Shown here: positions 28,322-42,174 of the stretch, in pieces
How the letters are laid out: every line of letters begins with the position of its first letter
Numbering within the stretch: position 1 is the stretch's first letter
Origin: the human T2T-CHM13v2.0 reference genome, Homo sapiens
Direction of reading: 5' to 3'
Length of the DNA: 64,000 nt
Assembly: GCA_009914755.4 (NCBI GenBank)
Contig: CP086569.2
Span: 2,272,001 to 2,336,000, forward strand
The notes under the pieces: generated by a model
What the model saw: only the letters and a program-made list of their open reading frames with translations
Database searches by the model: none
What the model was told of the DNA's origin: nothing
Translations under genes and position numbers: made by a program

Positions 28322-29282
28322 GTAAGAGCCTCTAACCCTATGGGTCATCTGTATGTTGTTTACAGGACAGTGATATCCATGTCAGCTGGGAGATTTCACA
28401 TGAAACCTGTGCTCACTCTTCACTCCTTGTACAAGGAAATTCCAAAACCTAGTTTTCAACTATATAATTTTGATTTGGATTATATTTTTAGCGTCCTGAT
28501 TTTACTTCTAAGATTTTAAGATTTAAGTCATAAATCTTAAATAGAATCTTAAATTCTGAGCTTTTTGGATTCCACCTCTAAAAAGTTGAATACGAGGTTT
28601 TAAATACAGACATGATATGAAGGAAGGGATAGTTGCATTCCCAGTGGAGAGGTGAGTGCTTTTCAAATAGTTAGATCGTTAGTGATTTTTTTTTGTTTAC
28701 ATGCTTGTTTAACTTGTAACACAGAAAAATATAACTAGTGTCCAAATCCTGTTGACAGTTTGATAGTTATGTGCTAGTAACGTTATTTTTGGCATATTCA
28801 TATTTCTTGATGATTTTCTTATGTCATTTAAGTCTTTCTAACATGACTTTTACTGTCCATTTTATGTCCTTATTTATTTCCCACATAATTATATACTTCA
28901 ATATTTAATTTTGACAATGTTATGTTTCTTCTAACATTTTAGAATTATGGATTTCAAAGTCAATTTGAATCAACTTTATGCACTTGTTTTTATTCCTTCG
29001 AATCAATTTCTAGAATGCAAATTGTTCAGATCAATGTGTATGAGTACCTCTGTAGTTTTGACCTGGTTCTGAAATTGGCCCAGAATTATATGAATTTATT
29101 TTGATGCCAGGGATATGTGCAAATGTCCCTTTCTTCCCACCATCGTTACTGCTGCTGATCACCTAGAAAACCTTTGTCATGTACTATCACATGTAACATT
29201 AATCTTTGCCTAGTTTCAGTTCTTTAGTTCTGCAATTTAAAAAAAAATAGTAAATAGTACATCAATTTGCCACGTATACTTC

Positions 29283-29598
29283 TTTTTTTTTCTTTTTTTT
29301 TTTTTTGAGATACAGTCTCGCTCTGTCGCCAGGCTGGAGTGCAGGAGCACCATCTCAGCTCACTGCAACCTCTGCCTCCCGGGTTCAAGCAATTCTACTG
29401 CCTCAGCTCCCAAGTAGCTGGGACTGCAGGTGCATGCCACCATGCCCGGCTAATTTTTTTGTTTGTTTGTTTGTATTTTAGTAGAGATGGGGTTTCACCA
29501 TGTTACCCAGGCTGGTCTCCAACTCCTGAGCTCAGGCAGTCCACCCGCCTCGGCCTCCCAAAGTGCTAGGATTACAGGCATGAGCCACTGCGCCCAGC
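29283..29598 (-). mobile_element. Alu SINE, minus orientation
   Basis: tttttgagatacagtctcgctctgtcgccaggctggagtgcaggagcaccatctcagctcactgcaacc...catgagccactgcgcccagcc. Confidence 0.9.
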
Positions 29599-29836
29599 CT
29601 ACTTCTTCTATATGTATTGATTACTTTGCCTTTATTCTTATCTTCCGATATGTCTGTATTGTTTTATAAACGTTCCTCATTTTTTTATAGACATTAAATA
29701 TTGCCAACCATTTACTATGAAAATGCTTTTTCATCTTATTTTTGCCATTGAATAGTTTAACAGTATTTTTTGACAGGCAAGTCTTCAAATTTTTATTCAT
29801 GGTGTCTTATATTTGTCGGAGCTTTCTGATTTTGGT

Positions 29837-30132
<296 letters not shown>

Positions 30133-31469
30133 TGACGTTTTTTCCTTTGAACTTCAGAACCAACATGCCTGCAAAATTGAGATTTTTCTTGATATTCGAT
30201 GTACCTCTTTCCCTGATGATTTCTTTTAATGCATTCCTAGTTTTTTCTTTTTTTTCATTTTTCTGGATATATTTTTATGCCCACTATCTTTCTGTTTATT
30301 TTTGTTACATAGAAAGGATTTAATATATTTTTCCTTACTATATCCTGAACTATGATCCCTTATTAAATTTCTATTTTTTTCTCATTTCTTATCTTTCTAA
30401 GAAGACAATCATATTATTTGCACATGATTTTTAAATATTTTTCAATTTTCTATCTTTATATGTTCTCTTTACATTTTATTTGTATTTTTGTTGTATTACC
30501 TTTGATAGTAAACCCAGGACAGGTTTAAATATGAGTGAAGAGAGCAGATATTTTAAATTCCTGACTTTAAAGCAAAAACCCAAAGATACTCACCTTTAAA
30601 TAAAATAAATTGCTTTTTTAAAAAATGTAGTCATTTCAGGAAGGGTCATTCTATTCTGGTATACATTTTTCCCCAAATATATAATATTATTGGTTTTCAT
30701 ACCATGAGGTTTCTTATTTCTTTATATATATATATATATATTTGGATAATCATCTGGTTTTTATTGATTACTCATTAAAACCATGTAAGTTATTGATTAC
30801 TCATTGAAACCATGTAAGTATATTCTTACATGGTTTTGGAAAAATGTCGGATTTGATGTAGCCCCTCATGTTTCTTTTATTTAAGCCTCCTTATTATCCC
30901 CTTTCAGTGTAAAAATTTCTCCAGCCTTAGTCAGGATTTGAAAAGCTTAAAACTAGAAGGCAACCTCTGAAACCACGGTGAATTTTCACGTCAGTTTGTC
31001 CAGTACGTCTGGGTTGATAGAGCCACCTTTTAGACACCCTCTAGCCCAAATCTGATCATAGTCATGTGTCCCCACCTTTTAGGGCCTCCGTGGCGGAAGG
31101 TGTTGGTTACCTGAAGGGAGATGGTGATGGGATGGGAAATCAACAGGAGGGAATCCTGTGTTGGCAGAGTTAGAGTTCCAACTTCGTCCAGCCAGCACAG
31201 TTCATTTATAAATTACTTTGTTTCTCTCTCTCTCTCTCCCTCTCTTTCCACCCCTGACTCTTGCTCTCATCTTTTACTCTTTGTGTCTGAGAGAAGAGTG
31301 ATGTGAAAATGATCAGGAATTCACTTTTTCTTATGAGGTCCTGGTCACAGTGATACTTAGAAAACACTTAAGAACTTAGGCCTGTGGTGTTTTCTCCATC
31401 TGCTTCCAGGTCATTTCTTCCTCATTTCTCTCAGAACTTTGGTGTTAACAGCCTGTTTCCCTTCTTTAG

Positions 31470-31515
31470 GGGATGACTTTGATTTCACAGATGTTTCTTC
31501 ATGGTGAACGAAACA
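31470..31515 (+). pseudogene. CD99P1: Unit-5 exon A, degenerate
   Basis: Acceptor cttctttag; encodes DDFDFTDVSSW then an in-frame TGA; 46 nt from a 1-nt insertion; the donor gtgagtaac is retained. The array homology ends ~45 bp downstream, near 31560. Confidence 0.6.
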
Positions 31516-31799
31516 GTGAGTAACTCTTTAAAGTCTCCTCTGTTGCCGAATTGCTTATAGTTTGTTTGTGTTTTTGGAGTGCTGTAGGAAGAGCAGTGAT
31601 GAAGGTTTGAGGCTTCTAGATGCTTCCATATTAGTTGCCTGGGGCTCAGGCAGGGGCACACATGTGGACCCCTGGGGGGACATGACAGTTGAGCTAACAG
31701 CTGAGGAATGAGGATGACTTATATCCCAAGGAGTGGGTCAAAGGGTGTTTTGTGTAGCAAGTGTGGCATGTGCAAAGGGCCTGTGGTCAATGGAACTGA

Positions 31800-32130
31800 G
31801 GGTGCCTGTGGGGCTCAGTGAGGGGGAAAAGAGGAAGTCAGGCATGGCATGGGATGGAGGGGAACAGAGTGAGGCTACAGTCAGTGCCCAGTCTTGAAAA
31901 TGTCCCTTCGAGTGTCCCTAGGGGCCATCCTTGTTTTCAGTGCTTATTACCCCTGCTCCCCTCTGCTTGCTCCCAGAGAGCTGTCTCCTGCCTCCCAGCT
32001 CTGCGTCTCAGATCCTGGCTCTGATCCCACGCTGCTGTTGCTTACACTCATGTACCCATTGCTAATGTCATCATTCCCTTCGGCAGCTAAGTGCAAAGTT
32101 AATTTCCCATTTGAAAAGCAGTCTGTACTA
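31800..32130 (+). mobile_element. Ancient interspersed repeat (MIR-like?); a diverged inverted copy lies at 50590-50900
   Basis: ctgcttgctcccagagagctgtctcctgcctcccagctctgcgtctcagatcctggctctgatcccacgctgctgttgcttacactcatgtacccattgctaa matches the reverse complement of 50640-50790. Confidence 0.4.
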
Positions 32131-33589
32131 ATAACAATCAACTGGGAGACCCAAAAGAGTGCAGTTAAAGAGAAAAAAAAAAATCAAACTTTCCCTCAAA
32201 AGAAACCAGTGATACCATTTGGGTCCACCTCCCTGAGGTTTGAAAGCCTCTCCGTTAGTGTTAGTTGCTTTTAGGCCTCTTCTTGCTGCATTAGCAAGGT
32301 GTATCTTTCTCTTTATATGCAGACAGTGCCCTCTTCTGGTGGGAGGCTCTCAGTGTCTGTCTACAAATCCATGACCCAAGAGGTAGAGGGGTCCCAACGG
32401 TCCCACTTAACTTCTGCCAAAGTGGTGCCCTTGGGAATCCCCAACTTCCTGTGCCCACCTGTTCTAGCTACTTGGTTCACTTTGACCCAGCTCTTCAGGG
32501 GTGATACCCTCCCTCATCAGGCTCCCAGATCCCATCAGGTGTTGAAACCCCATGTGATAGGTGAAATACTGGTCCCCAGAGATGCCCACATCCTAACCCC
32601 TTGATCATGTAAATGTGTGACCTTATGCAACACATGGGACTTTGCAAATGGGATTACATTAAGGATCTTGACATGGGACGATTATTTAGGATGAGCTGTG
32701 TAATTACAGTGGAATCACAGGTTCCTTAGAGAGGCCTGCATCAGAGGATGAAGGAGTTGTTCACATGTGGAAAGAGACAGAAATAAAAGTGGAGAGGACC
32801 ATTGAAAAAAAAAGTCATTGAAAGACTTTGGCACCCAGGTTGCCATGGCTGCCCCCAGCCCTTCAAATTCTCCTAAAGCCCCAAATGATCTTTCCCTGGA
32901 AGATGCACCAGCCCATTGGATAGCTTAGATGCAGCTGTTGGAGGGTGGATCTAGCCTGTGAGGACCCAGTAACCTGGACCCAATACATGACAACAAGGAT
33001 TGAATGAGTGGTCGTTTACTGCTGAGTAATTGCTGGTTTTCCTGGCTACCTGGGCCCTGGGTCACATGGATGAGAGGGCTGGAAAAAATGATTATCAGCA
33101 CAGAGTCCCAGAATCTCTGTGACTTCTGGTCACAGATATTTTGAGTGTATGTGTAGAAAAAAGCAGTTGTTCCTACACATTCAGTGTCAGAAGTGAAGGA
33201 TGAGAGGGGAGAGGGGTGTGCATGTCAAAGGAAAAAACAGCTTTTCCCCCCTGTACGTGAGGTCACAGCAAATTTGCAAGATTCAGTGCATGGTGAGAGA
33301 AGCAGGCAGCCGCTGACATCCAGGGGCTGGCCTGGCTCCCGCTACCTGGCTTGGGGTTTCCTGTTGGACCTAAGAAATGTCACAGACAGGACATTTTTAA
33401 AGTCAATAAGAAATGTCAGACAAGAGCACTGTGATGAAGTCAAGAGACCGTGGGTTGTGCTTTGGCTGGTTCTTGATTTATTTCTGCTCAAGGCAATCAG
33501 TATGCCAAGGTGGCATATTTCAGAGTGTCACGTAATGATCTACATTCTTATTCAGGGTGGGGTGTCCTGTACCCCATCAACTGGAAGGT

Positions 33590-36500
33590 TGTAGCACTTC
33601 CTGCTTTCTAGACATGGTAAATGAACTCCCTGGGTCACTGGGAAAGTTGTAGCACTTCCTGCTTCCTGGAGATGGTAAATAAACTTTCTGTGTCACATGG
33701 GAGGTTGTAGCACTTCCTGCTGCCCAGAGATGGTCAATGAACTTCCTGAGTCACTGGGAAGGTTGTAGTACTTCCTGCTTCCTGGAGATGGTAAATAAAC
33801 GTCCTGGGTCACTGAGGAGGTTGTAGCACTTCCTGCTTTCCTAGAGATGGTCAGTGAACATCCTGGGTCACTGGGGAGGTTGTAGCACTTCCTGCTTCCT
33901 AGAGATGGTCAATGAACTTCCTGGAGATGTTAAATAAACTTCCTGGGTCACTAGCGAAGTTTGTAGCACTTCCTGTTTCCTGGGGATGGTAAGAGAACTT
34001 CCTGGGTCACTGGGGAGGTTGTAGCACTTCCTGCTTCCTAGACATGATAAATGAACTTCCTGGGTCATTGGAAGGTTGCAGCACTTTCTAGTTTAGAGGG
34101 ACATTATAACACTTCCTGGTTTATCTGGAGATTGTAATGCTTTCTGATTCATAGGGACATTGTAAAACTTTCTGGCTCACATTGTTACATTTCCTGGTTC
34201 AAATGGATAATAGTAGCACTTCCTGGTTCACAGGGACATTGTGACACTTCCTGGTTCTTATGGGTAATTGTAGCATTTCCTGGTTCACAGGGACATTGCA
34301 ACGCTTTTTGGTTCATACACATAATTGTTAGCACTTCCTGATTCCCAGGGACATTGCAACACTTCCTGGTTCATAGGGATAATTGTAGCACTTCCTGTTT
34401 CATAGGGACATTGTAATACTTTCTGGTTCATACGAATAACTCTAGTACTTCCTGGTTCATATAGATAATAGTAGCAATTCCTGGTTCACATGGACATTGC
34501 AACACTTCCTGTTTCACAGAGACATTGCAACACTTCCTGGTTCATTCTGATAATTGTATAACTTCCTGGTTTGCAGGGACATTGTAACACTTTCTGGTTC
34601 ATATGGATAATAGCACTTCCTGGTTCATAGGGACATAGTAACATTTCCGGGTTCATACATACGGATAATTGTAGCACTTCCTGGTTCATACGGATAATTG
34701 TAGCACTTCCTGGTTTGCAGGGACATTGCAATACTTCCTGGTTCATATGGATAATTGTAGCACTTCTTAGTTTTTAGGATCATTGTGACACTTCCTGGTT
34801 CATAGTGACACTGCCACACTTTCTGGTTCATATGGATAATTGTAGAACTTCCTGGTTCATAAAGACATTTGGAACCGTCTGGTTCATAGGGATAATTGTA
34901 GCACTTCCTGGTTCGTAGGGACATTGCCACACTTCCTGGTTCATCTGGATAATTGTAGCACTTCCTGGTTCATAGGGAAATTGTGACACTTTCTGGTTCA
35001 TAGTGACATTGCCACACTTCCTGGTCCATGTGGATAATAGTAGCACTTCCTGGTTCGTAGGGACCTTACCACACTTCCTGGTTCATCCAGATAATTGTAG
35101 CACTTCCTGGTTCATAGGGATATTGCCACACTTTCTGGTTCATATGGATAATTGTAGCACTTCCTGGTTCATATGGATAATAGTAGCACTTCCTGGTTCA
35201 CAGGTACATTACAACACTTCCTGGTTCATTCAGATAATTGTAAAACTTCCTAGTTTGCAGGGACATTGTAACACTTTCTGGTTCATATGGATAATTGTAG
35301 CACTTCCTGGTTCATAGGGAAATTGTGACACTTTCTGGTTTATAGTGACATTGCCACACTTCCCGGTCCGTGTGGATAATAGCACTTCCTGGTTCGTAGG
35401 GACATTGCCACACTTCCTGGTTCATCCAGATAATTGTAGCACTTCCTGGTTCATCGGTAAATTGTGACACTTTCTGGTTCATAGTGATATTGCCACACTT
35501 CCTGGTTCATAGTGACATTGCCACACTTCCTGGTCCATGTGGATAATAGTAGCACTTCCTGGTTCATAGGGACATTGCCACACTTCCTGGTTCATCCAGA
35601 TAATTGTAGCACTTCCTGGTTCATAGGGATAGTGCCACACTTCCTGGTTCATAAGGATAATAGCACTTCCTGGTTCACAGGTACATTACAACACTTCCTG
35701 GTTCATTCAGATAATTGTAGAACTTCCTAGTTTGCAGGGACATTGTAACACTTTCTGGTTCATATGGATAATTGTAGCACTTCCTGGTTCATAGGGAAAT
35801 TGTGACACTTTCTGGTTCATAGTGACATTGCCACACTTCCTGGTCCGTGTGGATAATAGCACTTCCTGGTTCATAGGGACATTGCCACACTTCCTGGTTC
35901 ATCCAGATAATTGTAGCACTTCCTGGTTCATAGGGATATTGCCACACTTTCTGGGTCATATGGATAATTGTAGCACTTCCTGGTTCATATGGAAAATAGC
36001 ACTTCCTGGTTCACAGGGACATTACAACACTTCCTGGTTCATTCAGATAATTGTAGAACTTCCTAATTTGCAGGGACATTGTAACACTTTCTGGTTCATG
36101 TGGAGAATTGTAGCACTTCCTGGTTCATAGGGAAATTGTGACACTTTCTGGTTCATAGTGACATTGCCACACTTCCCGGTCCATGTGGATAATAGTAGCA
36201 CTTCCTGGTTCATAGGGACATTGCCACACTTCCTGGTTCATCCAGATAATTGTAGCACTTCCTGGTTCATAGGGATATTGCCACGCTTTCTGGTTCATAT
36301 CGATAATTGTAGCACTTCCTGGTTCATATGGATAATAGTAGCACTTCCTGGTTCACAGGTACATTACAACACTTCCTGGTTCATTCAGATAATTGTAGAA
36401 CTTCCTAGTTTGCAGGGACATTGTAACACTTTCTGGTTCATATGGATAATTGTAGCACTTCCTGGTTCATAGGGAAATTTTGACACTTTCTGGTTCATAG

Positions 36501-37860
36501 TGACATTGCCACACTTCCCGGTCCGTGTGGATAATAGTAGCACTTCCTGGTTCATAGGGACATTGCCACACTTCCTGGTTCATCCAGATAATTGTAGCAC
36601 TTCCTGGTTCATAGGGATATTGCCACACTTTCTGGTTCATATGGATAATTGTAGCACTTCCTGGTTCACAGGGACATTACACACTTCCTGGTTCATTCAA
36701 ATAATTGTAGAACTTCCTAGTTTGCAGGGACATTGTAACACTTTCTGGTTCATATGGAGAATTGTAGCACTTCCTGGTTCATAGGGACATTGTAACATTT
36801 CCAGGTTCATATGGATAATTGTAGCACTTCCCAGTTCATAGGGACATTGTAATACTTCCTGGTTCATACGGATAATTGTAGCACTTCTTAGTTTTTAGGG
36901 ATATTGTGGAAGTGCTACTATTATCCATATGAACCAGGAAGTGCTACAATTATCCATACGAACCAGAAAGTGTTGCAATATCCTTATGAACCAGGAAGTG
37001 CTACAATTATCCAGATGAATCAAGAAGTGTGGTAATGTCCCTGTGAACCAGGAAGTGATACAATTATCCATATGAACCAGGAAGTGTGGCAATGTCACTA
37101 TGAACCAGAAAGTGTCACAGTTTTCCTATGAACCAGGAAGTGCTCGTTCGTAGGGACATTGCCACACTTCCTGGTTCATCTGGATTATTGTAGCACTTCC
37201 CGGTTTATAGGGAAATTGTGACACTTTCTGGTTCATAGTGACATTGCCACACTTCCTGATTGATATGGATAATAGCACTTCCTGGTTCATAGGGACATTG
37301 CCACACTTGCTGGTTCATCCAGATAATTGTAGCACTTCCTGGTTCATATGGATAATAGCACTTCCTGGTTCACAGGGACATTGTAACACTTCCTCTTTCA
37401 TTCCGATAATTGTAGAACTTCCTAATTTGCAGGGACATTGTAACACTTTCTGGTTCATATGGATAATTGTAGCACTTCCTGGTTCATAGGGACATTGTAA
37501 CATTTCCAGGTTCATACAGATAATTGTAGCACTTCCTGGTTCATAGGGACATTGTGACACTTCCTGGTTCATATGGATAATTGTAGCACTTCCTGGTTTG
37601 CAGGGACATTGCAATACTTCCTGGTTCATAGGGATAATTGTAGCACTTCTTAGTTTGAGGGACATTGTGACACTTCCTGGTTCATAGTGACACTGCAACA
37701 CTTTTTGGTTCATATGGAAAATTGTAGTATTTCCTGGTTCATAACGACATTTGGAACCGTCTGGTTCATAGGGATAATTGTAGCACTTCCTGGTTCGTAG
37801 GGACATTGCCACACTTCCTGGTTCATCTGGATAATTGTAGCACTTCCTGGTTCATAAGGA
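33590..37860. repeat. Satellite/minisatellite array with a 28-29-bp subunit, ~57-bp dimer and ~340-bp higher-order period
   Basis: Alternating acttcctggttcatagggacattg(t/c)(g/a)ac(a) and acttcctggttcatatggataattgtagc. The proximal 33590-34080 is a diverged 57-bp variant, gttgtagcacttcctgcttcctagagatggtcaatgaacttcctgggtcactggggag. ORF-track artefacts 'MTLPHFLVH...' recur every ~310-340 bp. Confidence 0.95.
36905..37146 (-). repeat. Inverted segment inside the satellite array
   Basis: aagtgctactattatccatatgaaccaggaagtgctacaattatccatacgaaccag... is the reverse complement of the array unit. A minus-strand 'MTLPHFLVHMDNC' ORF appears only here. Confidence 0.85.
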
Positions 37861-37869
37861 TAGTTGCAA

Positions 37870-38520
37870 CACTCCCTGGGTCATCACCCCCATCCTGCCA
37901 TCTGCTCCAGCCCTATGCAGCCACTCAGAAATCTACTTCCTATCCCATGGATTTGCCTATCAGGGGCATTTCAAACGGCCTCCCATGTGGTTTTGTGCCT
38001 GGCTTCTTTCACTCAGCATAATATTTTCGAGGTCCATCGATTTTGTACCATGCATCAGAATTTCATTCCTTTTGATGGCAGAATGACATTCCATTGTATG
38101 GGTAGACCACATTTTGTTTATCCATACACTTGTTGTTGGGCATTGGGTTATTTCCACTGTGTAACTACCATGAATAATGCTTAGCACTTAGCATACGGTT
38201 AAGACTTCTATGTACATACTTGTCTGAGTAACTGTCTTCAATTTTTTGGGTAAATACCCAGGAGGGGAATGGCTGGGTCATATGATAACTCTATGTTTAA
38301 CCATTGAAGGATCCGCCAGGCTGCTTTTCAAAGCAACCGCACCATTGCACCATCCCACAAACAATATAAGAGTGCTCCAGTTTCTGCACATCTGAGCCAA
38401 CACTTGTCACTGTCCATATTTGTCATTAGAGCCATCCTAGTGTGTATGATGGGCTATCTCATTGTGGTTTTGATTTGCATTTCCCTGATGACCAGATAGG
38501 TTGGCTTTCAAGTTTTCATG
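37870..38520 (-). mobile_element. Old LINE-1 fragment, antisense (T-rich strand shown)
   Basis: cttctttcactcagcataatattttcgaggtccatc...tttgatggcagaatgacattccattgtatgggtagaccacattttgtttatccatacacttgttgttgggcattgggttatttcca...gtggttttgatttgcatttccctgatgaccag. Confidence 0.65.
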
Positions 38521-38859
38521 TTCTTTCTTCTTCTCTGTCAAGTAGATGAGTAATACTTAAATAAATATTTCTTACTCAGCATTTTGATGTATTTATTCAT
38601 AGCCTTATTAATGCTTGACTTTATTTGTTTATCTCTCAGATATGGGTCTCTAAATGTCAGTTTCAAGAAGGAACTGTGTTTTGTTCAACTCCAAAATCCC
38701 CAGATCTATCTAGGACACTGCCTGAAACACAGAAGGGGTTAAAAAAATATGGATGAAATATAATAGCAAATGCATGTCCTATTTTAAAATATCGACAGTT
38801 ATTCTATTTGCAGAACAATAAATTCAATGTGAAGACTAAGATACTGTTGATTATTTATG

Positions 38860-39135
38860 TGTGTATGCTCGTATATGTATATATACATACATATGTGTGT
38901 ATACCTCTACATGTATGTATAGGTATGTATAGGTATACATATGTATATGTACAGACATATGTATAGGTATACATATGTATATGTACAGACATATATATAG
39001 GTATATACACATATACAAGCATATATATATACATATGCAAGCATACCCACATTATGTACATATATGTAATATATATATATATACACACTCACATATACAT
39101 ACACACACACATATATTTACACATATCTTTATAAA
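38860..39135. repeat. (TA/TG/CA)-rich low-complexity tract with a ~34-bp tandem duplication
   Basis: gtataggtatacatatgtatatgtacagacatat appears twice in tandem; ...atatatatatatacacactcacatatacatacacacacacatat. Confidence 0.9.
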
Positions 39136-39249
39136 ACACAGACCTAGGATATTTTCCCTAGAATCAGGTCCAAGGCAGATAGTTGAAAAATGTCTGATTT
39201 CTAATTTGTGGTTGAAATAAAACTAAGAACATTTCATTATTTTCATCAT

Positions 39250-39905
39250 GATTTATTTTGCTGACTTGTTGAACATATGCAGGCTTGTTACCTGGGTGGA
39301 CTGTGTGATGCTGAGGTTTGGGGTATGACCGATCCCATCACCCGGGTAGTGAGCATGGCACCCAATAGGTAGTTCTTCAGTTCTTACCCTATCCCTCCCT
39401 CCACCCTCTAGGAGCCCCCAGTGTCTGTTCCTCTCTTTGTGTCCATGAGTACCCAATATGTAGATCCACTTATAAATGAGAATGTGCAATATTTGGTTTT
39501 CTGTTTCTGGATTAGTTTGATTACAATAAGAACCTCCAGCTCCATCCACGTTACTGTAAAGGACGTGGTTTTGTTCTTTTCTGTGGCTGTGTAGTATCCC
39601 ACAGCGTCTATGGACCACATTTTCTTTATCCAGTTCACCCTTGATGGGCATTTAGGTTGATTCCATGTCTTTGCTATGGGGAATAGTACTGTGATCAACA
39701 TGCTTGTGCAGGAGTCTTTTTGGTAGGATAATTTATTTTCCATTATGTATGTATCCAGGAATGGGATTGCTGAACTAAATGGTAGTTCTCTTTTTAGTTC
39801 TTTGAGAAATCTGGGAGATATGTCTTGGAATGAACTTCATATAGCTTTTTACTGCCTCCCTTTTAAAATGCTTCCAGAAGGCTGTCCCTTATTTGGTGCA
39901 CAGAA
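39250..39905 (-). mobile_element. LINE-1 (L1PA-like) 3' region, minus orientation
   Basis: Reverse-complement homology to the L1PA 3' end: gtgtccatgagtacccaatatgtagatccacttataaatgagaatgtgcaatatttggttttctg...gaccacattttctttatccagttcacccttgatgggcatttaggttgattccatgtctttgctat. Confidence 0.85.
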
Positions 39906-39930
39906 ACTGGCTAAAAAATAAATGTGACCA

Positions 39931-40410
<480 letters not shown>

Positions 40411-41263
40411 TTAAAACAAATAATATAAAAACGTGACCTGCAGCCACCTCTCCAAGGGGCCTGGATACCAATGGAAGGAAGTGAAAAGGAGGAGATGAAA
40501 AATTTACACCTTGAAAGCTGAAAGTGTTCTAATATTACCAATGCTGTGGAGTCAGACACATCGAAAGTGACTCTAATACCTCCTGACATCCTTATGTTAT
40601 GAATATGTAGACAATAGCAAATTATTCTCCGCTTTTTTCCAGCTCATTGAAACATGTTAGGGAGGAACATTTCTGCATTGACAACAGCTTTAAATATTTC
40701 ATTAGTGCTTGGAAGAAACACAAGAATCTGTGACGCAGAAGGGAAATGAAAAGGAAAGCTTAGTCTCCATTTAGTTATGTTCCTCATAAATATTTCCCAG
40801 AGGCAAAGATGTTCTCTTTCATATTAAAAATACAAATAAACACTTCTCATTAGCCCAAGAAAATATTGTAGAGATTTTCATTATCCAAAAAAGGCACACT
40901 TTCAAGACACACGGAACAGAGACGGCACATTGCCTTAGCTTGCTTCTGGCTAGCGTGTCTGGCTATTGACCGGATTTTATTTTTAAATGACTAAAATAAT
41001 ATATTAACTAAATGGTAAAATTCATATTCAGCATTGGCTTGAGGGCATCGGAGGGTTTTGGCTGGCCCAGTCATCTCTACCAGTGAAGAAAGCAAGGAAA
41101 TAGGTCATTTCACTCAGGGACAGCTTGAAAACAGAGATTTCATGGAGCTTCCTCATTCCGTCAGCCTAGAGTGGGATTTTGGCTGTCACCCTTCAAGGAT
41201 GAAAAGGTGCAGAGGACATTGGGCTGCAGACAGGGCGCTCGTTTAAATGATTTAAAAGTTTTG

Positions 41264-41563
<300 letters not shown>

Positions 41564-41571
41564 TTTCCATC

Positions 41572-41916
<345 letters not shown>

Positions 41917-42174
41917 TTATGAGTTTTCTTCTTTAACCTGCACCTTGTTCTCTGAGTCACTTTGCACTTGAAGGTACAGCTACAGCTTCCCCATCAGACT
42001 TGTTGGTCTTTTATCAAAGGATGAAAAAGTTCTTCCTCCTTTGGGTCTTTAACCCTGTTTCCTGGTGTAAGACAGCTTTTATGTTTGCTACCTGCTGGAA
42101 TCAACTTGAAATTTTCTCCCAGAAAATTTGTGAATTTATCTTGTTCAAGTTACTTGTGGTCAATAAGTTAATAA

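Noticed and set aside
33184-33594. 136-aa + ORF immediately upstream of the satellite
   Set aside because: No recognisable domain, the length is within random expectation, and the ORF is terminated by the onset of the array. It is kept only as background.
34486-37812. Repeating ~100-aa ORFs 'MTLPHFLVHVDNSSTSWFIGTLPHFLVH...' on + and 'MNQEVLQCPC...' on minus; also considered a CRISPR-like regular repeat/spacer pattern
   Set aside because: These are products of the 28/29-bp tandem satellite. There are no unique spacers (the material between repeats is itself repeat), the organism is a primate, and the ORFs are periodic copies of each other.
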